NCBI GenBank assembly: GCA_963766715.1
Contig: CAVYBH010000008.1
Coordinates: 64,001 to 128,000 of the forward strand
Source of the DNA: an uncultured delta proteobacterium
GTDB lineage: Bacteria > Myxococcota > Myxococcia > Myxococcales > Anaeromyxobacteraceae
DNA: 64,000 nt
Direction: 5' to 3'
The notes under the pieces were generated by a model. The model saw only the letters and a program-made list of their open reading frames with translations, searched no databases and had not been told where the DNA came from. A program made the position numbers and the translations under genes. Below, one piece after another: positions 10,801 through 22,460 of the stretch. Positions within the stretch are counted from its first letter, which is position 1, and each line of letters opens with the position of its first letter.

Positions 10801-12240
10801 GTCACCGCGGCCTACGGCGGCGGGACGCGCACGCGCGATCCTGGCGGTGAATCCTGCGCCGGTCGTCGTCGACCCTCGCCTCGGTCTCCCTCAATCCCGC
10901 CAGCGTCGTGGGCGGAACGGGCTCGACCAGCGCGGTCACCCTCTCCTCCGCCGCTCCGGCCGGCGGCGCCGTGGTCACGCTCGCGAGCAGCAGCGCCGCG
11001 GTGGCGTCGGTCCCCGCGAGCGTCGCCGTACCTGCCGGCGCGGACCTCGGCCACCTTCGCCGTGGCGACCACGGTCCGTACGAGCAACACCACCGCGACG
11101 ATCACGGCATCCCTTTCCGGACGACCCGGACGGCCCGGCTGACCGTACTCCGGATCGCGGTGCTGTCGCTGGCGCTCAATCGCCCAGCGTGGAGGAGGCA
11201 CCTCGGCCATCGGCACCGTCGCAATCAACGTCGCGGCTCCGGCGGCGGGATTCCGCGTCACGCTCACCAGCAGCCTGACCTCGATGGCGACCGTACCGAC
11301 CAGCGTGACGGTGCCAGCCGGCGCGACGAGCGCGACCTTCCCGGTGACGACGAGACCGGTGACCACCTCGGGTTCCGTCCGAATCTCCGCCTCCGGAGGC
11401 GGGGCCACCCGGTCTGCCACCCTGACGGTCAATCCTGCGCCGGTCGTCGCGACCCTCGCCTCGGTCTCCCTCAATCCCGCCAGCGTCGTGGGCGAAACGG
11501 GCTCGACCGGCACGGTCCGGCTTTCCGCCGTCGCGCCCGCGGGCGGCGCCATGGTCACGCTTTCCAGCAGCGGTGCCGCGGCGGCAACGGTCCCGGCAAG
11601 CGTCGCCGTCCTTGCCGGCGCGACCTCGGCCACCTTCTCCGTGGCGACCGCGGCGGTGACTGCCACGGCCAACGTCACCGTCAGCGCGAGCTACGGCGGG
11701 GTGACTCGCACCGCGAATCTCGCCGTGATGGTCGCGGGGAGCATCTCGCGCGTCTTCGGATACGACACCATCGATGGCTTCTCCTATGCCTCACACAACT
11801 GGCCCCTCGCGAACAACCAGCAGGTCCAGCCGGCCACCCTGACGGAGCCTGGACTCCTCACGTCCATCCGCACCTACTTCTACTCGGTGGCAGATGCTCC
11901 GGGCTCCGCCATGCGCGTGCGCGGTCTCGTCTATGCCGACGCGGTGGCGCACCGGGGGCGTTGATCGCCGTGACTCCCGAGGTCTCCAGCATCGTCGGCG
12001 GCGCCTGGCGCAATCTTCCGCTCGCCACGCCCGTCGCCCTCCCACCGGGCACCTACTGGATAGGAATCTGGGGCGACACCAGCCAGGACGCCCTTTCGCG
12101 ACCCGGCGTCAACCGCTACAAGCCGGTCACCTACAGCAGCACCGGGCCGGCGCAGAGCCCCCTGGCTGCAGGATCGCAACGGCGGCGTGGACGGCGGGGT
12201 CGTCCGGCCCGTCTGCGGCGTGTACACGCCCTCCAATTGA
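7898..12240 (+). CDS. Large surface lipoprotein: head domain, 11 Ig-like repeats, second homologous head domain (frameshifted)
   Basis: Signal [17 protein letters not shown] (lipobox LASC). The N- and C-terminal domains both read [48 protein letters not shown]...PGTYWIGIW...[13 protein letters not shown]...[17 protein letters not shown]. Stop TGA 12238-12240. Confidence 0.85.
8510..11730 (+). repeat. Eleven coding tandem repeats, period ~294 bp (~98 aa, beta-rich Ig-like)
   Basis: Unit [39 protein letters not shown]...[19 protein letters not shown]. The PASVVGG anchor recurs near 8534, 8831, 9128, 9421, 9714, 10009, 10307, 10598, 10896, 11182 (diverged) and 11476. Confidence 0.92.
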
Positions 12241-12419
12241 TCCGGCTCGCGGGCCGTGCGTTGGGGGGGCGCCCGTTGGAGGCATCTCGACGGGGACGCG
12301 CTCGATTCGATGCCGATGGCCAGGGCCCCGTTAAGAGAATGCGGCGCCATGCCACCGATCCGCGCAGTCCGTGCAGCGCGTGAACGGCGAAGGCGACACC
12401 CGCGCAGAAAGGGATGACC

Positions 12420-13750
12420 ATGAACCCGGCCAGTTCCGTTCGACGCGCCGCCCTGGCGTTCGCCACCCTGCTGGTGCTGGGCGCCTGCAGCGGCACGCCC
12501 ACCCCCGCGCAGCCCGGGCTACCCGGGGATACCGGGGGATCCCGCCACCGTGGCCGTCGTGGTCAGCCCTCCGGCCGCGCAGGTCTCCCCATCCGGAACG
12601 CAGGGCTTCGTCGCGACGGTGAGCGGGGCCTCCAATCTGGCCGTGCGCTGGGACGTCGCCGAGAGCGGCGGCGGCACGATCGATTCGAATGGCCTCTACC
12701 GGGCCCCCGCCCAGGCCGGGACCTTCCACGTCGTCGCGACCTCGCTCGCCGACGCGTCCAAGTCCGCGACGGCCGCCGTGACCGTCACCGCCTCCCAGCC
12801 CGCCGTCGTGGGGGTCTCGATCTCGCCCCAGTCCCGCTCCGTGACCACGGGAGGATCGATCCAGTTCACCAGCGGCGTCTCCGGCACCTCCGACACGCGG
12901 GTCACGTGGACGGTCTCCGAGGGTTCGGCGGGCGGCTCGGTCGACTCGGGTGGCCTCTACCAGGCTCCCGCCCAGGCCGGGACCTTCCACGTGGTGGCGA
13001 CGTCGGTCGCCGATGCGACCCGGTCGGCCACCGCGACGGTGACCGTGACGGCGCAGCCGCTCCCGGCCACCGACCTCGCAGCCCAGTTCGACGTGCTCTC
13101 GCGCCACGCGATCCTGTTCGAGCATGCCTCGGTGGGCGAGAACATCATGGACGGCGTCGCGGGATCTGCTCGCAGGGCGTGAGCGGGCCGAAGCCCACCA
13201 TCATCAACATGAACGCCTCCATCGGCGGCCTGAAGCCCGACCTGATGCGCGCGGGCGTGTGGGCCGAGTCGATGAAGCTCGCCCTGCTGAACGGCAGCCC
13301 GATGCAGAAGATCACCACGTTCAAGGACGACCTGGCCGGCGGCTCCGGCGCCAAGGTCGACATCGCCTTCATGAAGTTCTGCTTCGTCGACTTCGACGGG
13401 AGCACCGACCCGGCTGCCCTCTTCAGCGCCTACCAGTCGATGATCACGTCGGTGAAGGCCCAGTACCCGGACGTCCACTTCGTCCACTTCACCGCGCCCC
13501 TGGAGACCGTCTCGAACGGCGCCTACAACGTCGTCCGCGAGGCCTTCAGCGCGCGGGTCCGGGCCGCCTACGGGTCGGACGTCTTCGACCTCGCGCTCCT
13601 CGAGTCGACCTGTCCGGGCGGCAGGCGCGAGCTGTCGGGCGGCGTGCCGGCCCTGTGCCCGGAGTACACGAGCGACAGCGGCCACCTGAACGCGACCGGC
13701 CAGGCCGGGTGGTGCCGGAGCTGGTGAAGTTCCTGGCGAACCTCCCCTAG
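12420..13750 (+). CDS. Lipoprotein with two Ig-like (BIG2-like) domains and a C-terminal SGNH-hydrolase-like domain (frameshifted)
   Basis: Lipobox LVLGAC. Two units of V.ISP...W.V.E...GG.IDS.GLY.APAQAGTFHVVATS. Then ILFEHASVGENIMDG, KFCFVDF and YTSDSGHLNATG (Ser plus DxxH). Paralogous to 29499-30341. Confidence 0.75.
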
Positions 13751-13811
13751 GCGGCGGTCCGGCGGGCCAAAAAACTCGCCCCTCCCCGCCTCCGCTGAGA
13801 GACTCCTGCCC

Positions 13812-14819
13812 ATGGCGCCTCCCGACCCGACACAGGCGCCCGCGGCCGCCAGCGGCGCGGGTGCGCCCCGGCGGCTCCTCCTCATCGCCTCGTCCGGCGG
13901 CCACATCTTCGAGATGTTCTGCCTGCGGGACTTCTGGGGGGACAAGGACCGCTTCTGGGTGAGCTTCCCCACGGCGGACGCGCAGTACCTCCTGAAGGAC
14001 GAGAAGGAGGTCTACTGGGCCGCCCATCCCACCGTGCGCAACGTCCCCAACCTGCTCCGGAACCTGGCGCTGGCGGCGAAGCTCCTCCGCACCAACCGGC
14101 CCGACATGATCCTCACCACCGGATCGGGCGTGGCCGCGCCGTTCCTCTGGCTGGCGCGCCTCCTCGGCATCCCCACCGTCTTCGTGGAATCCATCACCCG
14201 CATCACCGAGATCTCCCTCACCGCACGGATGGTGAAGCCCTTCGCGACGAGGATGCTGGTCCAGTGGCCGGAGCTGGTGGATCGCTACCCGGGCGTGGAG
14301 CATCACGGGAGGATCGTGTCGATCTTCGTGATCATGGGGATGGAGGTCCACCCGTTCGACCGCCTGGCGCGCGCCGTGGACGAGCTGCAGGCGAGCGGCG
14401 TCGTCGGGGAGGACTTCCTCGTCCAGCTGGGCGCCTGCACCTACGAGCCCCGCCACGCGCGCTACGAGCGGTACGTCTCCTTCGGCGCCCTCTGCGAGCA
14501 CGTCCGCGTGCCTCCAGCGTGGTCATCACCCACGCCGGCGCCGGCTCGACGCTCGTCTGCATCCAGCAGGGCAAGCACCCCATCATGGTTCCCCGCCGCG
14601 CGCGGTGGGGAGAGCACGTGGACGAGCACCAGGTGCCGTTCGCGGAGAAGCTGTCGGAGGGCGGGCTGGCCACCACGGTCGACGACCTCTCGACGCTGCC
14701 GGCCGCGATCGAGGCGGTCCGGGGCCGCGTCGCCCGCAAGCGACGCCATGGGACGCGCCGCCGAGCTGTCGGCGTGGCTGGAGGGCTTCTGGCGGGCCCT
14801 CCCCGGGCGCGCCCCCTAG
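13812..14819 (+). CDS. PssD/CpsF (Alg14-like) followed by PssE/CpsG (Alg13-like) glycosyltransferase subunits, probably two overlapping genes
   Basis: LIASSGGHIFEM, PDMILTTGSGVAAPF, VFVESITRI and VQWPEL are Alg14-like. IFVIMG...PFDRL, VITHAGAGS and [15 protein letters not shown] are Alg13-like. Junction near 14318. Confidence 0.88.
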   Translation: MAPPDPTQAPAAASGAGAPRRLLLIASSGGHIFEMFCLRDFWGDKDRFWVSFPTADAQYLLKDEKEVYWAAHPTVRNVPNLLRNLALAAKLLRTNRPDMILTTGSGVAAPFLWLARLLGIPTVFVESITRITEISLTARMVKPFATRMLVQWPELVDRYPGVEHHGRIVSIFVIMGMEVHPFDRLARAVDELQASGVVGEDFLVQLGACTYEPRHARYERYVSFGALCEHVRVPPAWSSPTPAPARRSSASSRASTPSWFPAARGGESTWTSTRCRSRRSCRRAGWPPRSTTSRRCRPRSRRSGAASPASDAMGRAAELSAWLEGFWRALPGRAP

Positions 14820-15680
14820 GCGGCCGGCCAGGCCTGATCGATGAGCGACTTCGTCTGGCGGATGTTCGCCGAGGACGACGCGCCGAACACGATCGAGTCG
14901 AGCCCCTCGAGCCCGCAGACCCAGTCGATGGCCTCCTTGGCCGGGATGGCGCCGGAGGCGAACACCGACATGGCGATGGCGCGGCAGCGGCGCTGGCGGA
15001 GCAGGTCGCGGTAGGCGTCGACGCCGCCGGACATGCGGAACCCGATCTTGTTGATGTTGGCGCAGACGATGGGGTTCGTCGATGCCCTTCTTCTCCAGGG
15101 CGTCGACGAGCCGCGGCAGGTTCATGGTGATGAAGCCCGCCTCGGCGCCGTACTTGCGCTGGATGTGGTGGGCGAAGGCCGGGAAGACGTCGTCGAGCCC
15201 GAGGCCGAGCAGGAGGTCGGTGACCACGTTCTGGACGAAGATCACCGGGGTCTTCACGCCGGCGAAGCGCTTCATCTCCGCGTCGACCAGGATCTCCATC
15301 AGCTTGTAGATGTCCTGGGTGACCGCCGAGACCGCGCCCTTGAACAGCGTCTCCACGAGGCCGCCCGGCGCGAAGCGCTTGATGGTCTCGAGGATGCCCA
15401 CCTCGCCCACCGAGTTGGCGTACTTGTGGGCGTACGGCATGCACGGGTAGAACTCGAAGTCCGGGTAGCGTCCGGGGTTGCCGCGCACGATGTCGGCGAT
15501 CTCGCCGACCCGGTCGTGGGTCGTGCACATGAAGATCCGGATGCCGCTGTCGTAGGCGATGTCGAGCACGCGCATGATCGACGCGGTGTCCTTGAACTGC
15601 ATCGCCTGCGCCCGGGCCTTCTCCTCCGACATGTGGTTCACGCCGAAGAACTGGTTGTCGCCGAAGAGGATGCGGTCCAT
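14816..15680 (-). CDS. Conserved hypothetical protein, possibly aldo/keto-reductase-like TIM barrel (one frameshift)
   Basis: MDRILFGDNQFFGVNH...IAMSVFASGAI...SIVFGASSSANIRQT. Strong coding bias, 2 bp downstream of the oxidoreductase stop. Confidence 0.7.
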
Positions 15681-15682
15681 GG

Positions 15683-16713
15683 CTAGCTCCTCTCCTGGCC
15701 GGCCTTCTGGATCTGGTCGATGACGCGGTCGGTCTCGCTAGGCGCTCGCGAACGAGTTCTCGTGCTCGGCGGTCCCCTGCTCCGACCGCGTCGACGAAGG
15801 CGTCGATCTGGGCCGAGTACTCCTCGCCCCGGAGGTAGAACGCCACCGGCTTCTGGAGGTCGGTGATGTAGCGGATGGTCCAGCCCGGCCGGTACGTCTC
15901 GAAGTCCGGCGCCCTCCCGCAGGAAGACCCGGCACTCCTGCCGGTCGGCGACGATCTTGCCCTTGGTGCCGTAGACCGTGATGCGTGGTGCTCATCTTGC
16001 GGTGGCTGTCGTCGCTCCAGTTCGTCTCCAGCTTGCCGCTCGACCCGTCGGCGTAGCGGAAGGTGGCGTAGACGGCGTCCTCGACGTCCTTGGAGAAGAT
16101 GCGCCGCAAGTCCGCGGCCGCGACCTCGCCGGGGCACGCCCACGACGAAGTTCATGAGGTCGACGACGTGGGACGCGTAGTCGTGCAGGCAGCCGCCGCC
16201 CTCCGACTTCTTCGCGCGCCAGGTGCATGCCGGTCTTGGGCCGGATGACGACCTGGCCGAAGGCGCTGCCGGTCACGTGGTAGACGTCGCCGATGGCCCC
16301 GGCGCGGACGAGCCGCCGCGTCTCCTGGAAGGTGCCGATGAAGCGGTTGTGGTAGCCGACCTGGTTGGCCTTGCCCTTCTGCCGCGCCAGCTCGGCGAGC
16401 TGCGGCGCTCTGGGCCGGGTCGAGGCAGAGCGGCTTCTCGACGAAGACGTGCAGGCCCCTGCTCGAGCGCGTGCGTCGCCGCCTCGAAGTGGGTGGCGCT
16501 GGGCGTGGCGACGAACACCGCGTCGAGCCCGCCCGCCTCGATCATCTTGCGGTAGTCCTTGAAGGTCTCGACGCCGGTGTGCTTCCGCAGCGCCGAGGTG
16601 ACGTAGCGACAGCTGTCGCAGACGGCGGCGACCTTCACGCGCGGGTGCGCGCCGAGGATCGCGTAGTGCGAGATGCCCATCTTGCCTGCGCCGATCAATC
16701 CGACTCTCGTCAT
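15683..16713 (-). CDS. Gfo/Idh/MocA family NAD(P)-dependent oxidoreductase (frameshifted)
   Basis: VGLIGAGKMGISH, DAVFVATPSATH, VFVEKPL, NQVGYHNRF, GGGCLHDYASHVVD. Confidence 0.9.
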
Positions 16714-16840
16714 GAAGCCTTCTCCCCCTGGCCGCGGGTCGAGACCCGCTGGCGACGATGATGCCCGCGTCCCCTGCGGGCTGGCCCGGCGCCTCCCCGA
16801 GGAGGCGCACGGACGAAAGGGACCGTCGTGCTCGAGGCCC

Positions 16841-18270
16841 CTACGGCTCCCTGTTGAACTCGGCCAGCACCGGGAGGTCGAGGCCGATCTCGATCTGCGA
16901 GCGGGTGAAGATCTGGCCCGTGCGCGACTCCCGCCAGACCGCGGCGCCGAGCGCCAGCGCGAGCACGAGGAAGCCTCCCAGCCCGAAGATCTTGAGGGGA
17001 TTGGGGCTCACCGGCCGGCGCGGGACCTCCGCCGGCCAGACCACGCTGTAGCGGTACTTGAAGGCGGCGCGAGCGCTGTCCAGGTCGAGCTGGGCCGCGT
17101 TCACCCGCTCCACCATCTGCTGGTAGCGGAAGCGGGCCTCCCGCACGGCCTCGGTCTCCGAGCCCGGAGCGATGACGACCTGGCGCGGGCTCCGGTCGAG
17201 CCGTGCTGGAGCTCGCCTGCCGGCTCTCCAGCGCGGCCCGCTCGTTGTACTCGCGGCGGAGCGCCTGCTCCTCCTCCCGCAGCGCGGCGATCTGCGGCGA
17301 CTCGCGGGAGAGCCCGGCGATCTCGTTGCGCAGCGCCACCATGTTGGGATGGGCGTCGGAGTAGACGCCCCGCTTCTCGTCGAGCTGGGCCTGCAGGTCG
17401 AGGAGGCGGCGGCGGCGGAAGTCCTCCATGTCCCGGAGGGCGCGCTCCTTCGCGTCGAGATTGGCCTTCAGGACCGCCAGGCCGTCGCTGACCGGCGCGG
17501 CGCCGCGGGGCGGCGCCGCGCGCGGCGAGGCGCGTCGGACGCCGGGGCGGCCACCACGCGGGGAACGGACCGGCGATGGCCGCGTCGAGCTCCTGGCGCA
17601 GCGTCGACACCCGCCCCTGCAGCAGGGTGATGGTGTCGTCGATGGCGGTGATCTCCTGGAGCTGCCGGGCCTCGAGGAAGTTCTGGAGGGCGGCCTCGAC
17701 GAGCTGGTAGGCCTGCTGGGCGTCGGGCCAGTCCACCGAGATGGTCACGGTGCCGTCGCCCGTCTCGACGGTGAGCGCCTTCTTGAGCCGGAGGACGAGG
17801 ACGTTGAGCGGGTCCTCGGGCGGGCGCGGAGCCGCTCCAGAGGCGCGCGGCCGCCAGCTCCAGCCGGATCATCCAGTCCGACTTCGGAGCGGGGCTCGAG
17901 GGGTTGTAGACGTTCGTCTGCTTGAGCAGCGAGACCAGGTTCTCCCGCCGCTGGATGAGCTCGAAGGCGGCCTTGGTGGGCAGCTCGTTCGGGACGCTGG
18001 CCCGGACGATGGACGGCATCGCCTGCTGGCGCTGGGTGAGGAGCGTGGTGCTGACCCGGTAGAGCGGGGTCTTCGTCGCGTAGTAGACCCCGAGACCCGC
18101 GAAGCCCACGACCAGGATCGCGGCGAAGAGGAGCTTCCCACGTGCCACGGCCCCGGCCATGAACTGGAGCCGGCGCGGAGCGTGGGCGCGCGCGCCTCGT
18201 CCAGCGCCTCGTCGGTCTCGTACGACGCGTGAATTGGCCCCTGGCCCGGGGCGGACCGGTACCCGCTCAT
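16841..18270 (-). CDS. Polysaccharide co-polymerase / chain-length determinant (Wzz/GumC-like; frameshifted)
   Basis: N-terminal TM followed by TPLYRVSTTLL, a coiled coil with YSDAHPNMVALRNEI, and a Pro-rich VVWPAEVPRRPVSPN before the C-terminal TM. No kinase domain. Confidence 0.85.
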
Positions 18271-18385
18271 TGTCGACGAGGCTATCACACGATCTGCGTC
18301 GTCGCCGTGCCACGACCCGGGTGCATCCGGAATCCGGTGTCACCAGGTCAGGGTGGCGATCGTGCGGTGCACCCAATCAGGTCGT

Positions 18386-20219
18386 TCACCGCCCGGCGGC
18401 GAAGTCCATCACGGCCTGCCACATGGGCGTCGGCGAGGGGGTTCCGGTCAGGGGCCAGGGAAATCCATCGGCGGCCGAATAGGAACGCGAAAGCTCGTTC
18501 GTGGTGCGGACGCCGCGCACGGTGGCGCTCTGCACGGCGACGTCGGCGTGGGGCATGGTCCGCATGTGCGCGAGCAGGTTGTAGTAGATGACCCTCATCT
18601 CCGGGTCGGACCACGCCGCGCCCACCTGACCGGGCTTGAAGATCTCGATGCCGGTCTCGTACGAGGTGAAGCGGACGCCGTGGCGCGCCGCCAGCTTCTC
18701 TCCCGTCTCGTGCAGCTGGTAGATGGATTGCTCCCACTTCCCCTGGTTCCCACCCTTGACGCTGAGCGCGCGCTTGAGCTCGCCGAGGAAGCCCGACCCG
18801 TCGCCGAGGACCCCGAGGGTGCCAATCTTGCCGACCGAGGTCGCCGTCGGGACGCCGTCGTTCATGGGGGCGTGGAGGTAGAAGCTCCCGGAGAGGTCGT
18901 GGAGGTAATGGCCGACCGGCTTCCTGGGATTTGGGAAGCCGGCGATGGTGTCGAATCGGGATCCAGGTCCCCAGACGGCCGTCACGTAGTCCAGGCCCGC
19001 CTGGTGCCGCCCCAGCCGCCCCAGTCGCCCTGGTTCGCGTAGACGATGCGGATGGTGTCCTGCATCGCCGCGTCGCCCCACACCCTGCGACCGAGCAAGC
19101 TCAGGCGAACGGCGTTCCATGCGCCCCATCGGTCCCCGGGGTGGTCCCGCTTCCCGTCCCAGGCGAGCTGGTGGACGTCTCCAGCGTCAATCTCCGCCTT
19201 TCCGCGCGGGTCGCCGTACGAGTAGTACGTGAACAGCTCGTTCGTGAACTCCACGTACACCTTGCGGCCAGGCAAGAGTCCCGGGTACCACGTCGCAGTG
19301 GGCGTCCAGGCCGCCGGATCGTTCGTCCGCACGGTGTAAGGCACTTGACCGTCGCTTCCGTACTTCAGCAACTGGAAGACCTTCGTGACGTAGTCGTCGT
19401 CCGCGCCGATGGGGATGTTCAGCCAGAGGTCCATCCCGGTCAGGTTGGCGAAGACCACCGTGTCTTCCCACGGCATGCCCTTGTCCGCGTACCCGTAGAA
19501 CCCCGGTCGCGCGCGCGTGCTCCAGGTCGTGTCGCACGAGTCCATCACGCCGCTCGCGTTGTTGCAGCCTCCTCCGGAGGGGCCCAGCGCCCACTCGAAG
19601 CGCATCAGCGAGAAGACGTTGCGCATCGACACCACTTCCTTGCGCCAGTAGTCCTGCGGCCACGAGTGGCCAGGCGCCATCAGGCGCGGATTCGAGAATC
19701 CCCGGGTGCTCCCGGTGGCGTCGGCCGCGTGATCCGCCCTGCGCCAGGCGTTCCTGAACTCAATCCAGTAGTTCGACCCGCTTGCCGGGATGACGACGTC
19801 GGCCGTCGTCGTGTTCGTGACCGCGTCGTACTTCTGGTTCTCGATGGTCCCGGCGTCGCCGATGGCCAGCGTCGCCTGGCCGGTGAAGGTGAGCTTGTAG
19901 GTGCCCCCGATCACCTCCGTGGGGCCTGCCCGGACCCCTCGATGAAGAGGATGCGGGCGTCCGTCGTCGGATTCCCCTTCGCGTCGTACCTGTCCAGCGG
20001 CAGCGGGTTCAGCGAACCCGGGACGCACCACCTTCGCCCCTGCTTCAGCGCGTTCGCGTAGACCGGGGCCGTCCATCCGGAGATCTCCGGGATGTGGCCG
20101 CCCACGTAGACCGGTGGCCTCGGCGGGGAGGCTGCCGCCCTCGCGGCCGACCCGGTGCCCGCCAAGGCGACCATGCCGGCAACGAGCAAGGAACGAGGGA
20201 TCCAGTCGAGGGCGCGCAT
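18386..20219 (-). CDS. Secreted protein with a putative clan-A glycoside-hydrolase-like domain, paralog 1 (frameshifted)
   Basis: Signal-like MRALDWIPRSLLVAGMVALAG...ARA. Motifs MPWEDTVVFANLTGMDLWLNIPIGADDDYV, KVYVEFTNELF (NE) and FTSYETG (second Glu). Confidence 0.65.
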
Positions 20220-20338
20220 GTCCAGCGTGCCAATGTCCCAGACGACGTCCGGGACCGTCAAGCAACGTCCACCGCGACGCGGCGGTGGTCTCACCGCGGG
20301 ACGTCCGGGGGCGACCGGGGCAGCCCCCGGGCGTTCGT

Positions 20339-22460
20339 TCAGTTCCCGCCGGCGAGGTCGATGATCGCCTGCCACATCGGAGTCGGCGACCCGGTTCCGG
20401 TGAGCGGCCACGGGTACCCGTCGGAGGCCGCGTAGGAGCGCGAGAGCTCGTTGGTCGGGTAGATGCCGCGAACGGTGCCGCTCTGCACGATGACGTCAGG
20501 TGAGGCAGCGTGTACGCGTGCCCGATCAGGTTGTAGTAGATGGTCTTCATCTGCGGGTCGGACCACGCGGCGGCGACGGAGCCCGCCCGGAAGATCTCGA
20601 TGCCCGACTCGTAGGACGAGAACTTGATGCCGTAGCGTGCCGCCATGTCCTCGCCGTCCTGCTGGCGCTCGTAGATGGAGCTCTCGTAGGGCTGGCCCGA
20701 CCCGGTGCAGGAGAGCTGCTCCTTCAGGTCGTGGAGGAAGCCGGAGCCGTCGGCTCGAACGCCCAGCGTCCCGACGCTTCCCACCGACGTCGCGGTGGGG
20801 GCGCCGTTTCCATCCATCGGGGCGTGCAGGTAGAAGCTCCCGGACACGTTGTGGATGTAGTAGCTGACCGGCTGCTTCGGGTTGGTGAACCCGTCGATGG
20901 TGTCGTACGTCGAGTTCGGCCCCCACACGGCCGTCATGTAGTTCATCGCCGTCTGGTGGCGCCCCCACCCGCCCCAGTCTCCCTGGTTCGCGTAGACGAT
21001 CCGGATGGTGTCCTGCATCGCCGCGTCGCCCCAGACCTTGCGAGCGAGCAGGCTGATGCGGACGACGTTCCACGCGCCCCACTTGTCGCCCGGGGTTGAC
21101 GTGTTGCCGTCGTAGGCCAGGTGGTGCTCGTCACCGCCGCGATGTCAGCCGCTCCCTGCGGGTCACCGTAGGAGTAGTAGCTGAACAGCTCGTTGGTGAA
21201 CTCCACGTAGACCTTCCGGCCGGGCAGCAGGCCCGGGTACCAGCCCACGCCCTGCTGCCAGGTTGCCGGGTCGTGCGTCTGAACCGTGTAGGGATCGCGT
21301 CCGTTGCTGCCGTACTTGAGCAACTGGAACACCTTGGTGACGTAGTCGTTGTCCGCGCCGATCGGGATGTTCACCCAGACGTCCATCCCGGTCGTGTTGG
21401 CGAAGATCACCGTGTCCTCCCACGGCGTGCCGAAGTCCTGGTAGCCAGGGACTCCGGGGTACTGCCGGGTGCTCCACGACGTCTCCGTGGACCCCATGAT
21501 TCCGGTCGCGCCGTGCGTGCAGGCCAGGGGTGCCACCGAGCGCCCACGCGAAGCGCATGAGGGAGAACACGCGGTTCAGGGCCACCACTTCCTTGCGCCA
21601 GTAGTCGGTCGGACACGAGTGGCCCGGGTACATCAGCCGGGGGTTGGTGAAGCCCCGGGTGTTCCCGGTGGCGTCCGCGGTGTGCGCGGCGTTCCGCCAG
21701 GAATTGGTGATCTCGACGTAGTAGTTCTTGCCGCTGGAGGGGATGTTCACGTCCGCGGTGGTCGCGTTGGTCGAAGCGTCGTAGACGAGATTCGTGACCG
21801 AGCCCGTGTCCCGACGGAGACGCTGGCCTGGCCGTTGAAGAAAGCTTGTAGGTCCCGGCGACGACGGCCGAGGGCCCCGCTCCGGAGCCCTCGATGTAAG
21901 AGGCGCGGCAGTCGACGGTCGGGTTGCCGTTCACGTCGTACTGGCTCGCGCCGATCGTGTTGAGGGTCCCGGCGGCAGCCAGCCTGGCGTCCCTGCTTGA
22001 ACGGATCGGCGTAGATCGCGGGCCGTCCAGCCGGAGATCTCCGGGACGTGACCGCCGACGCGCCCACGGGCGTCGTCGTCGGGCGCGGGGGCGTAGACGC
22101 AGTCGACACCGTGATCGTGGCGGTCGCCGAGACGGAGCTGTCTGCGGCGGAGGTCGCGACGACGTGGAACGTCCGTACGTGCCCGGCGCGAGTAGGAGGC
22201 CGCTGGCATCGACGGTTCCGCCTCCCGACTTCCGTCACGACCAGACGACGCTCCGGACGGGGTGCCGGTCACCGCGGCCGCCAGGGAAATGACCCTCCCG
22301 GGGTCACCGTTGCGGCCGGGGGACGACGGCAACGTCGACGCCGGTGGCCGCCGACCGTTGGGGGCTCCGCGGAACGTCGGCGGAGTTCCCCCGCAAGCCG
22401 ACAAGGAGGATCGCGGCGCCAAAGATGCCAAGGAGGGCGTGAACGGGCGCTGTTGAACAT
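20339..22460 (-). CDS. Probable lipoprotein with an Ig-like domain and the same glycoside-hydrolase-like domain, paralog 2 (frameshifted)
   Basis: N-terminus contains LSACGG, then TFHVVATSAADSSVSATATITV. Motifs PWEDTVIFANTTGMDVWVNIPIGADNDYV, KVYVEFTNELF and FSSYESG are collinear with 18386-20219. Confidence 0.65.

Noticed and set aside
8510..11730. Regular repeats considered as a CRISPR array or DGR template
   Set aside because: The units are ~294-bp in-frame coding repeats with no unique spacers, and no cas or reverse transcriptase gene is present.
14305..14335. Apparent in-frame PssD-PssE (Alg14-Alg13) fusion
   Set aside because: Removing one C from gtgtcgatc gives gtgtgatc, a typical stop/GTG-start overlap. 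Given the indel rate, an artefact is more likely than a true fusion.
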